A stretch of DNA of 64,000 nt from Agriterribacter sp. (GTDB lineage Bacteria > Bacteroidota > Bacteroidia > Chitinophagales > Chitinophagaceae): the NCBI RefSeq assembly GCF_035497235.1, contig NZ_DATJEB010000052.1, forward strand, positions 21,260 to 85,259, given 5' to 3'. Made by a program: the position numbers and the translations under genes. A model generated the notes under the pieces. It ran no database searches and was not told the DNA's origin. It worked only from the letters and a program-made list of their open reading frames with translations. Shown here piece by piece: positions 47,658 to 56,905 of the stretch (its first letter is position 1; every line of letters begins with the position of its first letter).

Positions 47658-50600
47658 TTAGAATGTCACTGTCAATCCAATATTGGTTGTTTTGTTTAAC
47701 GGATAAACCTGGCTGTTTACCCAAATAGAGCCTGGAGCATCATCCGGTGATTCAGGATCGAAATCCTTCATCTTTGTAAAAGTCAGGAAGTTGAGGGCGC
47801 TTACATAAACCCTTAAAGACTGTATGCCTATTTTTTCAGTGTACCCGGATGGCAGGCTATAGCCAATTTCAAAATTTTTCAGCCTTAAATAATCACTGCT
47901 TCTAACGAAGTAGGTATTATTAGGCTCTCCATCGGTCATCCAGTATGCACCACCCCGTTCCCATGCTCTTGGATTTTCAGCACTTGGATTGTCGGGTGTC
48001 CAGCGGTCTTTCACCAGGTTATACATAAAATTTCCTACGCCTGGACCTCCTGAAAAAGTTCTGTACGATCTTTCGGCGCCTGCTGCTCCCTGGAAAAGTA
48101 TGGTTGCATAAAAACGCTTATATTCCAAATCTATAGTAAACCCTCCGGTAAATGTTGGTATGGTGGTTTTGTTGCTTCTTACCCGATCCAGTCCATCAAT
48201 CTTTCCATCATCATTTACATCTTTAAATATAATATCGCCTGGCCGGGCGCCATTCCAATGAGGGTACTTATCTATTGCCGCCGCATCTATAAATACGCCT
48301 ATTGCCTGGTAATACAATCTTGCGTTCATCTGGTTGCCGGTAGATTTTTGATATTCAGGATTACCTGGCGTTTCATCCCAGAATTTAATATGATTTTTTG
48401 AATAAGCGCCATTAACAGATACCTGATAACTCAGATCGCCAGTGTTATCAAGGTATGAGACCTGAAACTCAAAGCCTTTATTAACCACTTTACCAATATT
48501 TTCCCGTGGCAGGTTCAGCCCCGCAGAGCCCGGCACAGAAGCATTTCTGTATGCCAGGATGTTTGTACGCAGGTTATTGAAATAATCAGCACTAATCGTT
48601 AATTTATTATTGAGCAGTTGGGCATCGAATCCAATATTAGATTGATTGGCTATTTCCCAGGTAACTCCTTCATTTGGAATACGCAATGCGCGCAGCGCCT
48701 GTTCTGAAACGCTTTCGTTAAATACATAGCTGCCATTGTAACCATAAGTTGTAAGGTATTGATAGGGGGCTATCCGGTCGTTACCTGTTTTTCCCCAGGA
48801 ACCCCGTATTTTCATTTCATTGATAAAAGAGATATTATCTTTCCAGAAATTTTCTTTAGAAATTCTATATCCTAAAGAAATACCTGGAAAAAATCCAAAT
48901 TGTTTACCAACCGGGTCGAAAATATAGGAGCCATCATACCTCCAAACAAATTCAGCGAGGTATTTTGAATCGTAGGCATAACTTACCCTTCCAAAATAAT
49001 TTAACCTGCGGACTACACTTGATGATCCGCCATTGTCTTTTAATGCATTACTTCCCAGGTCCAGTTCATCAAGAATCTCACTCGTATAAGATCTTCTGAA
49101 AGCCCAAAAGTTCATATTATCGCCAGCGATACGTTCTGTAGCAAAAAGCGCTTTAACATCATGTTTATTAAAAGTACGGTCATAATTGAGCAGCGCATTG
49201 AGGGTTATATTAGAGCTGTTATCCATCCACTGACGCAACCGGGGATCCGTATTTCCTTTTTTGGAAGGTAAAAGAAGCGGCTGGCCGCTGTCATCGTAAG
49301 TTTGTTTATCCCAGGTATATAAATAAATACCATGGCTTTCTGAATTGCTTAGCGCTCAGGAAATTCTTATCTACTGCGGCATTGGCCGTTAGGGATAACC
49401 CGCTTACCCAGGGAATTGTAACGAGGAGCTTCATGTTACTCTGCAAAACATAATTTCTTGGTTTGGTATATCCGGTTGCATCAGTAACCAACACTACCGG
49501 GTTGGCGCCATACTCAATATCCGGTCCGGGTAATCCATTAGGCCACCTTGCAGGCCAGGTAGGAAAAGACCTGTTCAAAGCCCAGAAAATATTTTGCGCC
49601 CCATCGGCGCTGCCACCGTTAGATCCGCCGCCCGGATAGTTCCTGTTTTCCTGGCGCCCCACTATATCAAAACTTAAACGGATGGCGTTACTTACCTTTG
49701 CATCTATATTACTTTGAAAATTAGTTTGGGAATAATTTACAGCGCTGTTGCGATAAATCCCATCCGTAAAATTGTTTCCTAAAGAAATAAAATATTTAAT
49801 TGCTTCCGCGCCTCCGGACAGTGTCAGGTTTCCATAACGTTGTGGTGAATTTTTCTTTATTGTTTCTTTAAACCAATCCGTGTTAGGATACAGCCAGGGA
49901 TCGGAACCATCCTTATATTTTTGAATGTCCTCTTCTGAATAGGGCAATGGGGCGGCAGGATGATAGGTAGCGGAAATTTCATTTTGTATTTGTGCGTAAA
50001 GTGGCGCATCCACCATCTTTGGCAAAACGGTTGGCGTATTCCATCCCTGGTTCAGGGAAAGTTGAAGAGTAGGCTTTCCCGATGCACCGCGCTTAGTGGT
50101 AACAAGAATAACGCCATTGGCAGTCTGTGCTCCATAAATTGCAGCAGACGCGTCTTTTAAGACGGTTACAGATTCAATGGTAGCAGGATCCAGCCTTTCC
50201 AAACTCCGGCCCGCAATACCATCAACTACAACAAGCGGGGAATTATCACCGAGTGTGTTCGCGCCGCGTATCCTTAACGTAGACCCATCATTACCGGGCT
50301 CGCCTGTTCTGGTGATAGCCACCAACCCCGGTAGCCGGCCTGCTAATGAATTTGAAAAATTACCTGCCGGTGATTTTGCAAGTTCACTGCCTTTAACAGA
50401 TGCTACCGATCCTGTTAGCGTTGCTTTTTTACGGGTTCCATATCCAACCACCACTACTTCATTCAACCCCGAATCTGCTATTTTTAATACAATATTGTTT
50501 AACTGGTTTCTTCCGTTTACCGGTATTTCTATGGTTTCGTATCCTACCATACTTATTTCCAGCACAGCTTTTGCATTCACAGCAATGGAAAAAGAACCAT

Positions 50601-51081
50601 CCGCTTCAGTAGTTACACCAGCGCTTTGACCTTTTACTTTTACAGAGGCTCCCTGCAGTGGCTCGCCGGCATCGTCTGTTACCCTGCCACGTACATCTAT
50701 CTGGTTAACAAGGTCTGCCTGGCTGGGGGAAATTACCACCATGTAATTGTTCAAAATTTTATAGGCCAGGGTATTACCCAGCACTTTCTGCATGATTTCC
50801 GGTATGGTGGCATCCGTTACATGAATATTTACTTTACCAATTTTTTTGATATCATGCTGCAGATAGAAAAAGCGGTAAGCGCTTGTTTTCTGGATATTCG
50901 CGAAAACCTTTGTCGCTTCAACCTGGTCTAAATTCAGTGAAAATTTCTCCTGGCTATATCCCTTAGCGGATAGTTGCAGCAAAGGAACAAGGAGGAACAA
51001 TGAAGTTATTTTCATAAACAGTAAAAACTTAAATACCTGGCGCAAAAAAATACCATGCAGCCTGTACCTGCTTTTTTTCAT
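47658..51081 (-). pseudogene. susC: SusC/RagA TonB-dependent transporter with N-terminal STN signalling domain, frameshifted
   Basis: STN, CarboxypepD-like and plug motifs (LKDASAAIYG..NGVILVTTKRG), C-terminal F. Halves 49306..51081 and 47658..49238 join by removing one TAAA of the tandem at 49320-49327, giving 3420 nt (1139 aa) reading KPWYLYTWDKQTYDD. Confidence 0.92.
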
Positions 51082-51094
51082 ATATTTGAATTGA

Positions 51095-51195
51095 AAAGTT
51101 AATAAAGGGGAATAAGCAGACTCTACAGTCTGGCTGATTCCGCTGTTCAATACATTAGCTTTTTTGGGGAAGAGCTTCAACCTCTTCCCTTCTTT
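51095..51195 (+). ncRNA. Candidate cis-antisense sRNA in the fecR-susC leader
   Basis: Plus-strand TATATTTG (-7 box) at 51081-51088 and an 8-bp hairpin GGGAAGAG-CTTCAAC-CTCTTCCC (51167-51189) followed by TTCTTT. No TTTG -33 box; boundaries inferred. Confidence 0.4.
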
Positions 51196-51267
51196 ATAAA
51201 TTATTTTATGGGGAACTACAATAAATCATAAGCAAGTTTTTGGGTTTATAATATGCATGTATAAGCA

Positions 51268-52353
51268 TTACCTGATAAAAACATCGTTGCCATTTATATC
51301 ATACTCAAATCCCACCATAATCTTCAATACGTGCATCGCCTCACTAAGGCTTACATTATCAAAATCTCCGGTCATAAGTAAATTCTTCATTTTCTCATTT
51401 TTAAAATGAATATGCACATTATACCAGCGTTCCATTTTCAACGCAACTATCTCAAGCGGCTCCTGGGTAAAAACCAATTTTTCTTTTACCCATACCGCTT
51501 CTTCAGGCATGGTTGTTTCCTTTTTATCGGGCTTTACAGCCTGAACTTCATAACTAAGTGGCACAGTTAGAGCATACGCACCCTCTTTTGGTATACTACT
51601 ATTTCTGAGGGAAATTTTTTCATTGGGTAATAAGATCACTTTTTTCTCGGCATCTTCTTTCAGGCTAACTTCCACTTTGCCTTCCACTACCGTTGTTTCT
51701 ATATCTTCCCTGGTATCGTACGCCTTTACATTAAAAACAGTACCCAATACCTTCACTGTCATCCGGCTGGTATTAACCCAAAAAGGATGTACGGCATCTT
51801 TGGTTACTTCAAAAAAGCCCTCCCCCTTTAACCATACCTCACGGTTATTATTGCCGAAGTCTTTATTATATACCAGGCTGCTGCCACTATTTAAATGAAC
51901 ATTGGTGCTATCCGGCAGCATTATTATTTTTCGTTCACCGCGCGGAACTACTGTTACAGAATCTTTCGTTTCAATAACTGCAGCAACGGCATGCTGTTGT
52001 TTCCCGGCAGGCTGCAACAGCCATACAGATAATAACATAAGCCCGGTTAACCCGGCGGCTGCAACCGCTGCCCTGCGTGAAAACAATTTAAATATTTTAC
52101 CGGAAGGCAGTGGTGCGGTTACATTACTTATTTCAGATTCCATTACCATGCGATGGGCGGCCCGCTCCCATTTCTCATCCAGCTCCGATTCACGTATCCT
52201 TGCTTTCTTTTGCCAAACCTCCCGCAACAACTCCACCAGGTAAGGCTCAACATGCTTATCCTGCAACAGTTGTTCTAATTCAGCCAGATCATCCTGCGTT
52301 GCTTCATTACTTAATTTTTTTCCTAATAAAATATAAATCCTGGCTTCCTTCAT
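51268..52353 (-). CDS. fecR: FecR-family anti-sigma factor
   Basis: Single TM helix; IMLPDSTNVHLNSGSSL; REVWLKGEGFFEV; VKVLGTVFNV; VVEGKVEV; W...LVF..EPL..VALKMERWYNV. Confidence 0.95.
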   Translation of the reverse strand: MKEARIYILLGKKLSNEATQDDLAELEQLLQDKHVEPYLVELLREVWQKKARIRESELDEKWERAAHRMVMESEISNVTAPLPSGKIFKLFSRRAAVAAAGLTGLMLLSVWLLQPAGKQQHAVAAVIETKDSVTVVPRGERKIIMLPDSTNVHLNSGSSLVYNKDFGNNNREVWLKGEGFFEVTKDAVHPFWVNTSRMTVKVLGTVFNVKAYDTREDIETTVVEGKVEVSLKEDAEKKVILLPNEKISLRNSSIPKEGAYALTVPLSYEVQAVKPDKKETTMPEEAVWVKEKLVFTQEPLEIVALKMERWYNVHIHFKNEKMKNLLMTGDFDNVSLSEAMHVLKIMVGFEYDINGNDVFIR

Positions 52354-52456
52354 TTTGTGTGTTATATTATGAAGGACACAATAATGAGCCCCGCCCCCTA
52401 GTAGGTAATGAAATATTTTTAGTTGCGGGCAAATGGAAAACCCGAACCTTACTCCC

Positions 52457-52516
52457 GCCCGCCCGACTAAACATCGTTCGGGCGGGCCCGTCCGAACCTG
52501 TCATCCTGACGGGCCC
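52457..52516. repeat. Tandem GC-rich hairpin doublet, REP-like
   Basis: GCCCGCCCGA-11nt-TCGGGCGGGC (52457-52487) overlapping GGGCCCGTC-15nt-GACGGGCCC (52484-52516), in AT-rich intergenic DNA. Confidence 0.6.
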
Positions 52517-52730
52517 TTTTCCTCTCCACACGGTGGAGCAAGACGGCGCTTTAGAATAGCTTCAAACTTATAGTTCTTCCATTTCAACTATTGAATAAAA
52601 TTGAACATTGCTGAGGCCGACAAGTAATTGATGAAAAGTGAAAAAATCCTTTGCGCTCATTGCTCCTCCCCACCCTTTGCGTGAAACAATCTGAAGCGAA
52701 ATGAATTTCAGCTTTGAAGTTCTACATTCA

Positions 52731-53318
52731 TTATTTGGATAAAAATGAAGAAGTTTTATTATAAGCGGAGAAATCAATATTAAGCGATGCGGCAATTTTC
52801 CTGACTGCCACCGCAATATGGTTTTCTACGGTACGGGGAGAAATATTCAGCACTTCTGCAACTTCTTTATAGGTAAGTCCATCCTCCTTAACAAGCTTAT
52901 ATACAATCCGGCACCTGGGCGGCAATTCATGAATAGACTTATTTATTAATTGCAAAAGTTCAGAAGCAACCATTAAATCTTCCGGGTTAGGCACCAGTTC
53001 ACCGCATATTACATCAAGCTGGTTCAGGTCCATTATACTGGCATCACCCTGCCGGCTAACATAATTCAAGCATTGATTTTTGACAGAAACGTAGAGGTAT
53101 ACGCTCAGGTTGGAAATATTAGCGATAGTGGAACGCTTATTCCAGATTTTAACGAAAACGTCTCCCACTATTTCTTCCGCTACTTCTTTTACTTTCACTA
53201 TAGCGGCCGCAAACTGGAAAAGCCCGGTATAATAATGACGGAACAACTGCTTAAAAGCTTGTTGATCATTAAAAAAAGCAACCTGTTCCTGTAGTGCAAA
53301 TATCTCTTTTCCCGTCAT
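52731..53318 (-). CDS. ECF sigma-70 factor (Bacteroides-expansion type)
   Basis: ATG 53318; DQQAFKQLFRHYY; AEEIVGDVFVKIW; YLYVSVKNQCLN; LPPRCRIVYKL..GLTYKEVAEVLNISPRTVENHI. Confidence 0.95.
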   Translation of the reverse strand: MTGKEIFALQEQVAFFNDQQAFKQLFRHYYTGLFQFAAAIVKVKEVAEEIVGDVFVKIWNKRSTIANISNLSVYLYVSVKNQCLNYVSRQGDASIMDLNQLDVICGELVPNPEDLMVASELLQLINKSIHELPPRCRIVYKLVKEDGLTYKEVAEVLNISPRTVENHIAVAVRKIAASLNIDFSAYNKTSSFLSK

Positions 53319-53516
53319 TACAGATAGTTTTGGACTTATTTGGCCTGATGAAGTTATTGTTATTTTTTCTAAAAAACATAACATCATTTTTCTTATACCA
53401 CCTTCTACTCACATCTTCCCCTCTGGTAATCGTTTGCGCATTTACGTAAAGCTGCACATCACCCATTCCTAAAGGACAAAAGATTTTATTCTTTTATTGA
53501 AAGAAAGCATAATATC

Positions 53517-55544
53517 CTACCTTCCAATCACCGGAAACTGGGAAATCCGCAACCGGGTGGCGCCATAAGGTATTAAAATAATTTCTTCTTCTTCTTTTGC
53601 CGTCTCCAACTGGTAAGTGACGCTGTATGGAACAGGCCCCGTCATTTCATTGTACAATTGCCACGATGGAATGCGCCTGGCTTTGGTTTTTATGGAAACG
53701 GGCACACTGCCCGCATTCCAGGGAAAGTTTGCAATTGCTTTCTCTTTCTCAAACACATAATGTTCATCCAGCTTATTATCTGCTATGTCATTTAGTCCGT
53801 AATTCCATGGCGTGGTGGGCCGCACTTCAAAATAACTGTTTCCATAGGCTACCGGATCTTTGTCATTTTTAACCTCCTTCACTTCTTCACCGATTTTTAA
53901 TGCGTATACAATCGGCCCGCGTTCAATGGAAACCGAATTTTCATGCCAGGTGTTTTTAAAGATATGCATCGGCAGCGCTAATTCAACCCTGTCACCCGAT
54001 TTCCATTCACGGTTAATTTTAATAACCTGGTTTCCCACGGCTTCCTGCCAAATTTTATCATTGATCTTTATGACAGCTTTTTTGCACCATGCGGGTATAC
54101 GCAGGTGAAAAGGAAAAGTAACCGGTTTATTTTTGTTATCCACCTGTAAAGTAAATTTTACAGACTCCCCGAACGGGTAATCGGTTTCTTCATTGAATGA
54201 TATGGCTGTTCCTCCTGCAACAATGGCCTTTACTGAACTTGGTGAATAAATCAGCGCTGCAAGTCCTCCATCGGGCGTTGCATACCACAGGTTTTGGGTG
54301 AATTTTGGCCAGCCCTGGTGCATATTCGATGTACAGCAGGGATATCCCGTGAGCAAACCATAGCATACATCTGTTCCGCCATGGTTAACATCAAAATTAC
54401 GGATATGCCTTGTTATCATTACCTGGTTAGCCTGCTGAAAATACTGCCTGCTCATAAAATCATCCGATACCTGGGTGGGCAAAGCATTAAAGGCTATTTT
54501 CTCCAGGTGATCTGCATAACGCACCTCCCCGGTAATGCCGAGTATTTTTTCAAGACTGAACATCATTTCAACAGCAGAACATAATTCTGAGCCCTGTGTT
54601 GGATTATTTCCATGCAAAGCTTCGTCGCCGCCATAAAGTCCGTGTGCCATCCCGTTGTATTTCCGGATATCTTCAAAACCTTTCTCCGTTGCATCTAAGT
54701 ATTTTTGTTCAGGATGATGCTGGTAATAAATGATGGGCTCTTTTATTCCCTGGGCAAGGTTTACACAATGAATGCTTCCCGGATTGGAAAGCATATCGGT
54801 ATGTAAAAATGCATTTGTATAATCAAAGGTCTGCCTGTGAAGCAGATCGCCCAATTCAAGCAGAAATTTGTCGCCTGTTATATTATAAAGCCAGTAAACA
54901 ATCATTAAATTATCACCTCCCCGGTAACGTGCCCAAAAAGTCCAGTGATCAAGCGGTTTTTGGGGAAGTTCTTTCAATTGGTATTTAAAATAGTTCGTCA
55001 TGAGTGTAATCACTCTTTGATCATGAGTTGCACTATAATACTGCTTCAAAATTTTAAGCATTACCATTTTTGGCCACCAGTCACGGCTATTGTCTCTTTG
55101 AAGGCCCGGCTCAGCGCTATAGTCTTTAGCAGGCCCAAAATATCCATCTGGCTGCTGACTGTTTATAGCCCACTCAATCCAGGGCTTTGTTTTTGCGATC
55201 AGCGCCTTATCACCCAAAATATAGGCAAGCGGCAAAAGTCCGTCTATCCAGTATGGGCCGCGCTCCCATTGATCTCCGTCACCACCCAGCCAGCCATTCC
55301 TGTGGTTCATTACCAGCGGATAAAGGGTATCCAGGTTTCCTGTTGCGCCATTTTTTTGCCTGGTCAGCATCTCTTTTAACCATCCCTGCGGTTTAATGGC
55401 TCCCAATGCAAGTTCTGTATATGGGTTTTGCCGGAGTGGCGCACGGCTATGAGTATAATCTCCGGAACTATTTTTCTTGTTTAGCTGCCCAAAAGCATGA
55501 AGCATGAAACTTATAAAAAGAAATGGCAGTAATATTTTTTTCAT
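53517..55544 (-). CDS. GH127/GH146-like (beta-L-arabinofuranosidase-type cysteine glycosidase) secreted protein
   Basis: Signal peptide; WERGPYWIDG; HCVNLAQG; GGDEAL; ELCSAVE and YPCC (Glu/Cys zinc-ligand and Cys-nucleophile pattern of HypBA1-type enzymes); ETDYPF; LRIPAW; ERGPIVYAL. Confidence 0.88.
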   Translation of the reverse strand: MKKILLPFLFISFMLHAFGQLNKKNSSGDYTHSRAPLRQNPYTELALGAIKPQGWLKEMLTRQKNGATGNLDTLYPLVMNHRNGWLGGDGDQWERGPYWIDGLLPLAYILGDKALIAKTKPWIEWAINSQQPDGYFGPAKDYSAEPGLQRDNSRDWWPKMVMLKILKQYYSATHDQRVITLMTNYFKYQLKELPQKPLDHWTFWARYRGGDNLMIVYWLYNITGDKFLLELGDLLHRQTFDYTNAFLHTDMLSNPGSIHCVNLAQGIKEPIIYYQHHPEQKYLDATEKGFEDIRKYNGMAHGLYGGDEALHGNNPTQGSELCSAVEMMFSLEKILGITGEVRYADHLEKIAFNALPTQVSDDFMSRQYFQQANQVMITRHIRNFDVNHGGTDVCYGLLTGYPCCTSNMHQGWPKFTQNLWYATPDGGLAALIYSPSSVKAIVAGGTAISFNEETDYPFGESVKFTLQVDNKNKPVTFPFHLRIPAWCKKAVIKINDKIWQEAVGNQVIKINREWKSGDRVELALPMHIFKNTWHENSVSIERGPIVYALKIGEEVKEVKNDKDPVAYGNSYFEVRPTTPWNYGLNDIADNKLDEHYVFEKEKAIANFPWNAGSVPVSIKTKARRIPSWQLYNEMTGPVPYSVTYQLETAKEEEEIILIPYGATRLRISQFPVIGR

Positions 55545-55741
55545 ATGCTGTTTTAAAAGGCTTTAAATAATTAATTTGGGTTAGCATCTTAAACAATAAA
55601 AAATTAAGGTAACGATTTTATATCTACCTCCCTATTTGATGCGGGACGATAAGAAATATTTGACCTAAATATATGGACTCATTATTGCATTTGTCTTAAT
55701 TTCAAATAAAACATTCAGGTTAAACCACAAAACCATCGGCA

Positions 55742-56905
55742 ATGCATAGGCGTCAATTTATAAAACATAATTCGCTGACGGCACTGGGGCTGGCCTTCAG
55801 CCCTTTGCAGTTTGCCGGCGAAACAGGAGGCGGGGGCAACCTCCATTTTATTAGCCCCATTGACGGAGACATGCTGCATAAACATGATGGTATAGTAATG
55901 GGCGGAACATTACAAGCCCTGGTAAAAATTGCGGCGCCTGCCAACAGTTCTATTACCGTGAATGGTATACAGGCAAAAAAACGTAATGGAATTTTTACGG
56001 CTGAAATAGCTTTGGCTGATTTTAAAAATGTAATTGAACTGAGCGATAAAAAAACCGGAATACAAAAAAACATCACGGTATACTGGCTTAAAAACCTGGC
56101 AGATAATTACAGGCTTTCTATTGATGATGCGGTATGGTTTTTAAAAGACATCAACGCCAATACATCCACGTATAGTTCAATCTTCAACAACCCCTTTCTC
56201 GGATTTTTAAAAGAGGTACATGATGCGTATGACACTAAAGTGCATATCAATATCTTTTACGAAACCGATGGCTTCAACCTTTCTCAAATGACCGATCAGT
56301 TTAAAAATGAATGGCGGGCTAATGCCAGTTGGTTGCAGCTTAGCTTTCATGCAAAAGCGGAGTTTCCCGACAATCCTTATATACAAGCCGGTTATGACCA
56401 GGTAAAAACAGAATGCGATGCGGTAATCCAACAGATCAGGCGTTTTGCAGGAGATGAATTAACGGGACCAGTTACCACCCTGCATTGGGGCGAAGTGCCG
56501 GTTGAAGTATCCAGGGCACTGAGAGACGCGGGGTATACGGGACAACTATGCGACTTTAATGTAGACGATAATCTGTCTCCTTGTTCCTATTACTTAAATG
56601 TGGAGCAAAGAAGACATATTAATAAACGATTTTTATGGAGAGACAATAAAGAAGCGATTAGTTTTATAAAAAGCAGTATCATTATAGACACAAAAAAAAC
56701 AGAGCAGATTATTCCTTATTTAGATCAATATGAACAACAAGGCCGTAAACCACCTTATGCAGATTTACTGATACATGAACAATACTTTTATCCGGGTTAC
56801 CATAACTATCAACCCAATTACCGGCAAAAAGTATTAACCGCGGTAAAATGGGCGGTGGAAAAAGGATATACGCCTGCATTTTTAAAAGACTGTATATATG
56901 AATAA
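55742..56905 (+). CDS. Tat-type exported protein with polysaccharide-deacetylase-like barrel
   Basis: MHRRQFIK twin-arginine signal; RLSIDDAVW, LSFHA, TTLHWGE, LLIHEQYF resemble NodB-like metal motifs. Confidence 0.65.
   Translation: MHRRQFIKHNSLTALGLAFSPLQFAGETGGGGNLHFISPIDGDMLHKHDGIVMGGTLQALVKIAAPANSSITVNGIQAKKRNGIFTAEIALADFKNVIELSDKKTGIQKNITVYWLKNLADNYRLSIDDAVWFLKDINANTSTYSSIFNNPFLGFLKEVHDAYDTKVHINIFYETDGFNLSQMTDQFKNEWRANASWLQLSFHAKAEFPDNPYIQAGYDQVKTECDAVIQQIRRFAGDELTGPVTTLHWGEVPVEVSRALRDAGYTGQLCDFNVDDNLSPCSYYLNVEQRRHINKRFLWRDNKEAISFIKSSIIIDTKKTEQIIPYLDQYEQQGRKPPYADLLIHEQYFYPGYHNYQPNYRQKVLTAVKWAVEKGYTPAFLKDCIYE

Noticed and set aside
45647-47724. Track starts for DUF1080 (45500), SusD (47724), SusC (51180) and sigma (53387)
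   Set aside because: These upstream extensions precede clear signal peptides or domain starts; downstream ATGs were used instead.
4077-55544. Rhamnogalacturonan-II PUL (GH95 + GH127 + GH141 co-occur there)
   Set aside because: No recognisable GH28, PL1, GH78, GH106, GH33 or GH137-143 genes, and the similar proteins here are divergent relatives.
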